Below, piece by piece: positions 1 to 6,617 of a stretch of DNA of 13,878 bases. A model generated the notes under the pieces. The model ran no database searches, had not been told where the DNA came from, and was given only the letters and a program-made list of their open reading frames with translations. The translations under genes and the position numbers were made by a program. This DNA is from Elusimicrobiota bacterium. GTDB taxonomy: Bacteria > Elusimicrobiota > Elusimicrobia > UBA1565. Positions within the stretch are counted from its first letter, which is position 1. Every line of letters starts with the position of its first letter. The stretch covers positions 1 through 13,878 of the forward strand of contig JBDREN010000199.1 of NCBI GenBank assembly GCA_043819795.1. Direction: 5' to 3'.

Positions 1-1
1 G

Positions 2-1732
2 GTGCTCGATTTCGACGGCTCGAGCGTGGGCCTGTACGCGATGGGGGATTCGGCGGGGGACAATCCGGTGGTGAAGGGCGGCGTGACCGACATGGGGAGC
101 GGGCCGCACCAATGGGCCGCGGGCGCGACCCTGACCCGGCACTATCCGCTGTACGTTGAGACCCGCACGAACCAGCCGGCCCCGGGCGCCCGCGTGGAGA
201 TCCGGGACGGGGCGAACGTCCTGTGGAGCGGCGCGACGGACCCGCAAGGGTACGCGGAGCCGGTCGTAGTGTTCACGGAGGCGATGCGCTGGGGGACTTA
301 CGATATCTACGTCGAGGGAGAGGCTAGAGGGGACCTCTCCCTTCGGTCGGCCACGCCGCTGAGCGCGATCGTGAACCAGCCGCCTACGGCCGAGGCGGGG
401 GCCGACCAGACGGTCCTGGCGGGCGCCCCGGTGGCCTTCGACGGGAGAGGTTCCTTCGATCCGGACGGAAGCATCGTCTCGTACGGATGGGCGTTTGGCG
501 ACGGGGATACCGCCTCCGGGATGACGGCCGGCCACACGTATCAGGCGGCCGGCGCGTTCATCGTCACGCTGACGGTCACCGACGACGAGGGCGGCGCCGG
601 CGCGGATACGGCGCAGGTGACGGTCCAGGACTTCTGTCCGGCGGACCCCGACAAGGCCGAGCCGGGCCTGTGCGGGTGCGGCGTGCCCGACGCGGACTCG
701 GACGGCGACGGCACGCCGGACTGCGACGACCAGTGTCCGGACGATCCGGCCAAGACCGAGGCGGGCGCGTGCGGGTGCGGGGCGGTGGACGACGCGGACG
801 GCGACGGGGTCTTCGCGTGCGGCGCTTCCCCGGACGACTGCCCGGCGGCCGCCAATCCGGATCAAGCCGACTTTGACGCCGACGGGATCGGGGACGTCTG
901 CGACGCGGACATAGACGGCGACGGGACGTCGAACGAGGCGGAGGGGGACGCCAGCGCCGTGGTGGGCTCCGAGGGCGGCCTGGTCGAGGCCGGGGATGTG
1001 ACGGTCGATCTGGCGGCCGGGGCCGTGGCCGAGCCGACCACCGTCACCGCCGTGAGCGGAGAGGGCAATTTCACGGTCTCGACGAACAAGGGCAAGGGGT
1101 CGGTCGTGATGGACTATCAGATCACGGCGGGCGCGGCGGGCGGCGCCACGTTCAACGAGCCGGTCACGCTGGTGTTCCACTACGACGACACCCAGTTCAG
1201 CAACCCGAGGCAGGAGGCGAGCCTGGACGTCTATTGGCTCGATACGTTGACGGGCCAGTGGGAGGCTCAGGGAGCCGTCCTGGATGCGGTCGCCAATACG
1301 CTGACCCTGGAGACCTACCACTTCAGCAGCTTCGCGGTGTCCGCGCCGGCCGATTCGGACGCGGACGGGGTGTTCGACGACTTCGATGGGGAGGTCGACG
1401 AGTGTCTGGGCTCGGCGCTCGACGGCATCGCGCTCAACCCGAACCAGTACGCTCAGAACGCGGATTTCGGTCCCTTCGAGACGGGCCGAGGCGGCGCTCC
1501 GAGCTCGGTGTACGATATGGCCGCGACCAGGGGCTGCACCTGCCGGCAGATCGCGGCGGCCCTGGGAGCGGGCAAGGGCCACCTGAAAAAGGGCTGCTCG
1601 CCCGGCCTCATGGAGGATGGACGGGCCTCAGCGCGGAGCCCGATAGGCGTTAAGGCGGCACGGTGCCGCGATAGGCGGCGGCAAAACAACGCCTTCGTCG
1701 GCGCCCGCGGCGGGCGGCTGGCGAAGGCGTGA
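2..1732 (+). CDS. 5'-truncated large extracellular/surface protein: PKD domain, thrombospondin type 3-like Ca-binding repeats, ZU5-like domain, Cys-rich C-terminal domain (true stop may be TAA at 1653, see findings)
   Basis: Frame is open from the window edge. PKD signature NQPPTAEAGADQTV...FDGRGSFDPDGSIVSYGWAFGDG...HTYQAAGAFIVTLTVTDDEG at ~374-625. DxDxDG and CPxxxNPDQADxDxDGIGDVCD repeats at 635-930. ZU5-like segment VGSEGG..V.LAAGAV..PTTVT...TFNEPVTLVFHY...W...YHFSSFAV at ~955-1340. Third codon positions are strongly G/C. Confidence 0.85.
   Translation: MLDFDGSSVGLYAMGDSAGDNPVVKGGVTDMGSGPHQWAAGATLTRHYPLYVETRTNQPAPGARVEIRDGANVLWSGATDPQGYAEPVVVFTEAMRWGTYDIYVEGEARGDLSLRSATPLSAIVNQPPTAEAGADQTVLAGAPVAFDGRGSFDPDGSIVSYGWAFGDGDTASGMTAGHTYQAAGAFIVTLTVTDDEGGAGADTAQVTVQDFCPADPDKAEPGLCGCGVPDADSDGDGTPDCDDQCPDDPAKTEAGACGCGAVDDADGDGVFACGASPDDCPAAANPDQADFDADGIGDVCDADIDGDGTSNEAEGDASAVVGSEGGLVEAGDVTVDLAAGAVAEPTTVTAVSGEGNFTVSTNKGKGSVVMDYQITAGAAGGATFNEPVTLVFHYDDTQFSNPRQEASLDVYWLDTLTGQWEAQGAVLDAVANTLTLETYHFSSFAVSAPADSDADGVFDDFDGEVDECLGSALDGIALNPNQYAQNADFGPFETGRGGAPSSVYDMAATRGCTCRQIAAALGAGKGHLKKGCSPGLMEDGRASARSPIGVKAARCRDRRRQNNAFVGARGGRLAKA
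635..930 (+). repeat. Coding tandem repeats, thrombospondin type 3-like (CPxDPxKxExGxCGCG...DxDGDG)
   Basis: Units start at Cys codons 635, 734 and 839 (spacings 99 and 105 bp). The first two share CPxDPxKxExGxCGCG and the DNA word tgcgggtgcgg. The third is a canonical TSP3-like CP..ANPDQAD.D.DGIGDVCD unit. Confidence 0.8.
1681..1730 (-). terminator. Probable intrinsic terminator for the minus-strand gene 1762..2217 (possibly bidirectional)
   Basis: Perfect 9-bp inverted repeat acgccttcg (1689-1697) / cgaaggcgt (1722-1730) with an inner gcccg/cgggc stem. On the minus strand it is followed by TGTTTT (complement of aaaaca, 1683-1688). It lies ~30 bp past the stop of the minus-strand gene. Confidence 0.55.
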
Positions 1733-1761
1733 CGAGATAAGGCCGGTCCGGCAGGCTTGGG

Positions 1762-2217
1762 CTACTTCTTCTTCGCCTTCGCCGCGGTCTTCTTGACCTT
1801 GGTCTTTATCTTTTCCGACAGCTTGCCGAGCTCGAACGCCGAGGTCTCCAGCCCGCGCCAGACGTTGTCTCCCAGCTCGGCGGCCTTGCGTCCGCCCTGC
1901 TTCTTCAGCTTGGAGATGGCCTCGCGAGCCTGCTTCTTGCCGAGGTCCACCACCTTCTTGGCCTGCCGCTCGATCGCGTTCCGGTCATCGCTGTCCTTCG
2001 CCGCTTTGATGGCGTCCTTCATCTGCGTGCCGATGTCGCGGATGTCCTTCTTGATCTGGCTCCGGATGGCCGTTACGCGCTTGCTCTTGGCGGCGTGCTT
2101 GACGGCCAGTTGGATCTTCTTGCCCAGCGAGGAGATCTCTTTGCCGAGCATCGCCTTGGAGGGCGTCCCGTTCGTCCGGGCCTTCGTCGTCGTTTTCTTT
2201 TTTGCGGTCTTGGTCAT
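1762..2217 (-). CDS. Small, highly basic Lys/Ala-rich alpha-helical protein of unknown function (histone H1-like tails, internal 31-aa repeat)
   Basis: ATG at 2217 with Shine-Dalgarno GGAGG about 9-10 nt upstream (cctcc on the + strand, ~2227-2231). Lys is mostly encoded by AAG. 35 of 151 residues are Lys by my count. Ends in TAG with a terminator-like hairpin downstream. Confidence 0.85.
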   Translation of the reverse strand: MTKTAKKKTTTKARTNGTPSKAMLGKEISSLGKKIQLAVKHAAKSKRVTAIRSQIKKDIRDIGTQMKDAIKAAKDSDDRNAIERQAKKVVDLGKKQAREAISKLKKQGGRKAAELGDNVWRGLETSAFELGKLSEKIKTKVKKTAAKAKKK

Positions 2218-2299
2218 TGTGCGATTCCTCCGGTCAAACCCCGCCTGTCTTATGAAGGCCGGGCAAGCTGCCGCGCAGGCCGCTTATGGGTCCCTTTTC

Positions 2300-2308
2300 A
2301 GACTATCA
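2300..2308 (-). promoter_or_regulatory. Possible extended -10 promoter (TGnTAGTCT) for the basic protein gene
   Basis: The reverse complement of agactatca (2300-2308) is TGATAGTCT, in an AT-richer patch ~80 bp upstream of the ATG. No good -35 element. Confidence 0.35.
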
Positions 2309-2363
2309 TTTTGTGCCTGCCGACGACCAGGAAGAAAACGGCTTTCCGCGCCCTCCCCGCTTG

Positions 2364-2372
2364 TGCCATAAT
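2364..2372 (+). promoter_or_regulatory. Probable extended -10 promoter (TGnCATAAT) for the 2397..4067 gene
   Basis: TG-C-CATAAT at 2364-2372, followed by SD-like AGGGAGG (2382-2388) and ATG 2397. The -35 match is weak. Confidence 0.5.
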
Positions 2373-2396
2373 GGCCCCGGAAGGGAGGAAAACGGC

Positions 2397-4067
2397 ATGC
2401 ATTCTTCTTTGAAAACGCTGGAGGGGTCGAAGGCCGAATACGGGGGCGAGGCCGCCTCGCGCAAGTTGCGCCTGCTGAGGGACCTCGAGCGCCGCCGCCT
2501 GAGCCGGCCCCGGGAGGTCTTCAGGCTCCACGAAATCCTCTGCTTCCTGCGCGCCTATCCGGACGACGAGAAGGTCCTCCGGCGGGTCGAGCGGATGCTG
2601 GACGCCTTCGACCGCCGCGCGGACCTCCGGCGGCATCGCCGGGCCCTCGCCGACACGGGGATCGCCGGCACGCCGATCCGCTATTCGTTCTTCTGGTCGA
2701 CCGCCCGCTGGCTGACGCGCCGCTGGCCGGAGCGGCTGACGCTCGACTGGTCGGGTTTCGAGAAGGGCGACGCCCTTGTGGAGCTCCTGGCCCTGCTCCT
2801 GCCGTATAACGAGACGCTGGCGCTCGACGAGACGGACCTTACCCCGCGCCAGTGGGTGCGCCTCCTCAAGGGGCCGGACGAGACCGACGCGGCGTTCCTC
2901 ATCCGGCGTTTCGAGCGGCTGCCCGCCGACGATTTCGGCCGGGAGAAGGCCTTCGACGACCTCGACCTGCGGGTCGTCCTCTCGCCGGGACCGGACACGC
3001 CGTCGCGGACCCGGGCGAAGGTCCCGGGCTCGTCCGTCGCGTTCCAGGCCGGGCCCCTCTCCCGCTCGCGTCCGGACCTCCGCCGCGAGGTCCTGCGCCG
3101 CCCCCGCGTCGTGCGCCCGGCGACGCCGGATGAGGCCCGACGTCTGATTTTTCTCGCACGTTGCGCAATGGCGACCCGGGAGCGCGACCTCTACGTCTTC
3201 GAGCACGCCGATCCCGAGGACGTCCGGCTGGTGGAAGCCGGGCCGGGGCTGTGGTTCGCGTTCATTGGGACCGCCTGCGAGCGGCGCCTCTTGCTCGAGT
3301 CCAACTACGGCTGCCTCACGCTCAAGAACGGGGTCCCGATCGGCTACGCCTTGGTCGCCTCGCTCTTCAATTCGTCGGAGGTGGCCTTCAACACCTTCGA
3401 GACCTTCCGCGGCGCCGAGTCCGCCTTCGTCTTCGCGCGCCTGTTGGCGGCGTCGCGGGCCCTTTTCGGCGCGGACTCCTTCACGCTGGACCCCTTTCAG
3501 ATCGGCGACGACAACCCCGAGGCGCTCAAGTCCGGAGCTTGGTGGTTCTACCAGAAGCTCGGCTTCGCCCCCCTGGACGCCGGGACATGCCGGCTCATGC
3601 GCCGCGAGCTCGCGCGCATGAAGAAGGACCCGCGCCACCGCTCCGACATCGCCACCCTGAAGGAGCTTGCTTCGGAGGGATTGTTCCTGCAGCTCGCGGG
3701 CCCCCGCCCGGACGTGATGGGCAGGATCGCGTTGGGCGGCATCGGGCGGGCGATCGTCCGTTATGTCGCGGCGCGCTTCGGCTCGGCGCGGGAGGCCGCC
3801 CAGAGGACCTGCTCGCGCGAGGCCGCCAAGCTGCTCGGGCTGCGTTCGCTGCGCGGCTTCTCCAAGGGGGAACGGCAGGCTTGGACGCGCTGGAGCCCGT
3901 TGGTCCTGGCTCTGCCCGGCGTGGAGCGCTGGAGCCTGGAGCAGCGGAAGGCGCTCGCCCGCGTAGTCCGCGCCAAGGGGGGCCGGCGCGAGTCGGACTT
4001 CGTCGCCCTTTTCGACCGGCACCGCAAGCTGCGCCGCGCCATCTTGAAGCTGGCGGAAGGCGGGTAA
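2397..4067 (+). CDS. Uncharacterised ~556-aa cytoplasmic protein with a putative GNAT (acetyltransferase-fold) domain in its central/C-terminal half
   Basis: Start moved to ATG 2397, which has GGAGG 8 nt upstream; the ORF-track start 2286 lies in the intergenic promoter region. Codon bias is strongly GC3. Motifs KNGVPIGY, EVAFNTFETFRGAESA and NPEALKSGAWWFYQKLGF match the order of GNAT elements. No signal peptide or transmembrane segment seen. Confidence 0.8.
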   Translation: MHSSLKTLEGSKAEYGGEAASRKLRLLRDLERRRLSRPREVFRLHEILCFLRAYPDDEKVLRRVERMLDAFDRRADLRRHRRALADTGIAGTPIRYSFFWSTARWLTRRWPERLTLDWSGFEKGDALVELLALLLPYNETLALDETDLTPRQWVRLLKGPDETDAAFLIRRFERLPADDFGREKAFDDLDLRVVLSPGPDTPSRTRAKVPGSSVAFQAGPLSRSRPDLRREVLRRPRVVRPATPDEARRLIFLARCAMATRERDLYVFEHADPEDVRLVEAGPGLWFAFIGTACERRLLLESNYGCLTLKNGVPIGYALVASLFNSSEVAFNTFETFRGAESAFVFARLLAASRALFGADSFTLDPFQIGDDNPEALKSGAWWFYQKLGFAPLDAGTCRLMRRELARMKKDPRHRSDIATLKELASEGLFLQLAGPRPDVMGRIALGGIGRAIVRYVAARFGSAREAAQRTCSREAAKLLGLRSLRGFSKGERQAWTRWSPLVLALPGVERWSLEQRKALARVVRAKGGRRESDFVALFDRHRKLRRAILKLAEGG

Positions 4068-4086
4068 GCCCCGGTTTTTTCGGGGC
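4068..4086 (+). terminator. GC hairpin immediately after the stop codon (possible terminator or RNA-stabilising stem)
   Basis: gccccg (4068-4073) / cggggc (4081-4086) with a gtttttt loop. There is no U-tract after the stem, so it is not a canonical intrinsic terminator. Confidence 0.3.
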
Positions 4087-4154
4087 GCCGCTCGCGCGGA
4101 TGAAGTAAATCCCGAACTCAGATCGTATCATGGCTGGGCTTGAGCGCGCGCGTC

Positions 4155-4184
4155 TTGACCCTCTCCGGACTAATGGGCTACGCT
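4155..4184 (+). promoter_or_regulatory. Sigma70-type promoter of the yfa operon
   Basis: TTGACC (4155-4160), 18-bp spacer, TACGCT (4179-4184), about 70 bp upstream of ATG 4255. SD-like GGGAG at 4241-4245. Confidence 0.6.
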
Positions 4185-4254
4185 CCTTTGTCGGGGCACG
4201 ATGCGTCTGATGCGGGGCCGTCGGCCGCGGCCCGCCTCGCGGGAGTGATTGGGC

Positions 4255-5997
4255 ATGAACAAGAATAAACTCGAGATCGCCGCCTGGATATGCGTTCTCG
4301 TGCTCGCTCTCGCGGGCGTCTATTTCATTCTCCTCAGGTTCGAGCCCGGGGGGCCTGGGCCCGTCCCGACCGCCCCGGCGACGAGCGCGGGCGTGAGCGT
4401 CGATATTCTGTCGGCGCCCGAGCTTCCGCCATCACGGATCGATATCGACATGCCCGACGTGGTCGTGCTGACCTCCAGCCTGTCGCGGCTTCCCGCGAGA
4501 TTGCTTTCGCACCCGGTCCTCGGCGGGCTCCTCGACGAGGATCTCGTCTTCTACTACGAGGATAGCGAGGGGCGTTTGGGGCTCTCGGGAGCGCTGAGAA
4601 GGATCGCCTACGAGCACGAGCTATCCTCCTTGGACGGGGTCCTCTCATACGTGTTCAACACGCCGGCCAAGGTCGCTCTCTGGAAGGGACGCGACGGCCG
4701 CCTCAAGAGCTACATGATGGTCCTGCGGTCGGAAGGGCTGCGCGGGGCCGTGGAGGCCGCCGCGAAGATCGTGGCCGAGGACAGCCAGTTGAGGCTCGTC
4801 GGCCGGAAAGAGTGGGGCGGCGAACCCTTGTCCGTGTACGAGCTCCGATACGGCCGCCATCATAAAGCCTATTTCACGCCGGCCGGAAAGGAGCTTTTCG
4901 TCTATTCGGAGCCCGGGATGGCCTTGCCCGGCCGCGGCTTCCTGGAGAAATGGGCCCCGCGGTTCGGCAGGGAATTCTTCAAGAGGCGCAGGCGCGGGTT
5001 CTTCTCGCGTCTTTTCGGTTCCCACAAGGAGGAGGACAAGCACGCCGTCGTCTTGAGCTTGCGGTTCCTCTCCTTCGGCTACCAGAAATATTTTCCGTCG
5101 GTGGAGTCTTTGCGCCTCGAGTACCGCGAGAAGGAATGGAGGACCTTCCTTCTGTCCGGGGGCACGCCCGTCGGGCGGAGTTATGACGCGGCGGGCGTTT
5201 GGAAGGCTCTGCCGACGGGCCCGAGCTTGTGCGCTGCCCTGCCCGTCGAGCCGGCGGCTCTGACCGGCATCGCCGGATCGCTCTTGGAGGGCGGGAAGCC
5301 CGCGGCCGAGGCGCTTCTCGGCGCGGTGGAACCGCCCGTCGCGATCTGTTGGTATCCGGAGTCCAAGCTCCATACCCCGCTGGTGGCGGCCAAGTTCAAG
5401 CGGGGGCCGGAGCACAACGCCGTTCTCAAGGCGCTGTTTGAGAAGACCGTCGGCGTACGGGAGGCGCGGCGCGCTCTGGACAATGACGCGGATCCCTACG
5501 GCTTGTTGAAGGTCGCGGAAGAGGCGGGCGACGGCGGGATCGTCTGGACCCGGGATGTGAGCTCGCCCTACGGGCTTCTTGAGACCGCCGGCCACCGGAA
5601 AGGCGGCTTCATGCGATCCAGGCGCTACTTCAGGGTCGGGCTCGCTAATTGGGGCGGCTACCTGCTCTTCTCGCCGGACCATGCGCTCGTGCACAAGGCT
5701 GTTTCCGTCCTTGAAAAGCGGTTTCCTCCGGTCACCGATTCGTTCTTGTCGGGGGAGGAGGCCAACAGCCTCGTGATATATCCCAAGAGCCTGAGCCTCT
5801 TGGTCAAGGAGTCCGTTCTGGAGAGCCTGCCGAGCTCGCAGGAGTCCATATTCCGCGAGAGCGTTTCGAGGCATCTGTATCCGTTGCTGGATAAGTTTTC
5901 CGGATCCCAGGCGATGGCGCTGAGCATGCCGTCGCTGTCACCGGAATCGGCCGGGCGATGGCAGGAGCTGAAGTGGCGGGCGATCGTTTCACGCTAG
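4255..5997 (+). CDS. yfaA: YfaA / DUF2138 family membrane-anchored protein (MagB-like)
   Basis: N-terminal transmembrane anchor ([20 protein letters not shown]). Family motifs [71 protein letters not shown] and FSPD..LV. First gene of a yfaA-T-S-Q-P cluster. ATG 4255 is preferred over TTG 4249 on SD spacing. Confidence 0.9.
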   Translation: MNKNKLEIAAWICVLVLALAGVYFILLRFEPGGPGPVPTAPATSAGVSVDILSAPELPPSRIDIDMPDVVVLTSSLSRLPARLLSHPVLGGLLDEDLVFYYEDSEGRLGLSGALRRIAYEHELSSLDGVLSYVFNTPAKVALWKGRDGRLKSYMMVLRSEGLRGAVEAAAKIVAEDSQLRLVGRKEWGGEPLSVYELRYGRHHKAYFTPAGKELFVYSEPGMALPGRGFLEKWAPRFGREFFKRRRRGFFSRLFGSHKEEDKHAVVLSLRFLSFGYQKYFPSVESLRLEYREKEWRTFLLSGGTPVGRSYDAAGVWKALPTGPSLCAALPVEPAALTGIAGSLLEGGKPAAEALLGAVEPPVAICWYPESKLHTPLVAAKFKRGPEHNAVLKALFEKTVGVREARRALDNDADPYGLLKVAEEAGDGGIVWTRDVSSPYGLLETAGHRKGGFMRSRRYFRVGLANWGGYLLFSPDHALVHKAVSVLEKRFPPVTDSFLSGEEANSLVIYPKSLSLLVKESVLESLPSSQESIFRESVSRHLYPLLDKFSGSQAMALSMPSLSPESAGRWQELKWRAIVSR

Positions 5998-6617
5998 CGG
6001 GCCTGGGGCTCGCCTGTGCCTTATTGACGGGGGCGTTGCCCGCCGGGGGGCGCCTCACGGGCGGCCAATCCGCCGCCTTTCGCGGGTGGTTCATCAGGAT
6101 CGTCCAAGAGCAGTTCCGCCAGGGACCCTCGCCGCGATGGACCCAGCGGGACTGCGCCGGGCTGGTCCGTTTCGCCGCCGCCGAGGCGTTGAAGGATCAC
6201 GACGAGCGTTGGCTCAAGGCCAACGGCGTGTCGAACCGCTACCTGCCCCCGGAGGTCGGGGTCGGCGGCGCGCGCAAAGAGGCGGTGGCGGGCTGGAAGC
6301 AGGTCGGCTCGCGGGAGCGCGGCGCGTACGCCTCGGCGATCGCCATCGTCCAGGAGAACAGCGCTTTCGTCTCGAAGGACGTCAATCAAGCCCGGCCGGG
6401 GGACCTGCTCTTCTTCGATCAGGGGGAAGACCAGCATCTAATGATCTGGATGGGCCACTATATCGCGTATCACACCGGACGAGAGTCGGAAAAAGAGACC
6501 GGGCTTCGGTCCGTCCGTGTCTCCGAGATGATGAAATGGAAGGATACCCGATGGCGACCCGTAATCGACAATCCAAACTTTGTCGGCGTCTATCGCTTCT
6601 CGTTTCTGTCGCGCTAG
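5958..6617 (+). CDS. yfaT: YfaT / DUF1175 family exported protein, NlpC/P60-like (MagC-like)
   Basis: Motifs [72 protein letters not shown] and [24 protein letters not shown]. Has a signal peptide and overlaps the end of yfaA. Alternative start GTG 5973 (AGGAG 5 nt upstream). Confidence 0.92.
   Translation: MAGAEVAGDRFTLAGLGLACALLTGALPAGGRLTGGQSAAFRGWFIRIVQEQFRQGPSPRWTQRDCAGLVRFAAAEALKDHDERWLKANGVSNRYLPPEVGVGGARKEAVAGWKQVGSRERGAYASAIAIVQENSAFVSKDVNQARPGDLLFFDQGEDQHLMIWMGHYIAYHTGRESEKETGLRSVRVSEMMKWKDTRWRPVIDNPNFVGVYRFSFLSR

Noticed and set aside
635..930. Repeats with ~100-bp period as a possible CRISPR or other non-coding array
   Set aside because: They are in-frame coding repeats that vary at synonymous positions. 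There are no identical repeats with unique spacers and no cas genes.
2303..2368. Possible sigma54 promoters (minus-strand TGGCAC / AGGCAC)
   Set aside because: Neither has the required GC (TTGC) element at -12.
1757..2371. 204-aa hydrophobic-looking + strand ORF
   Set aside because: Antisense shadow of the Lys-rich gene: AAG runs read as Phe/Leu on the other strand. It has no SD, and the minus-strand gene has an SD, better codon bias and a terminator.
2286..2396. N-terminal 37-aa extension of the 593-aa ORF
   Set aside because: It overlaps the promoter-like intergenic region. ATG 2397 has a clear SD and an upstream -10 element.
2298..4022. 574-aa minus-strand ORF
   Set aside because: Antisense shadow of a GC3-biased gene, with no recognisable motifs. 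Long stop-free antisense frames are expected at this GC content.
6086..6550. 155-aa N-terminal extension of the macroglobulin ORF
   Set aside because: It lies wholly inside yfaT in another frame and is Arg/Gly/Pro-rich nonsense. The signal peptide begins at ATG 6551.
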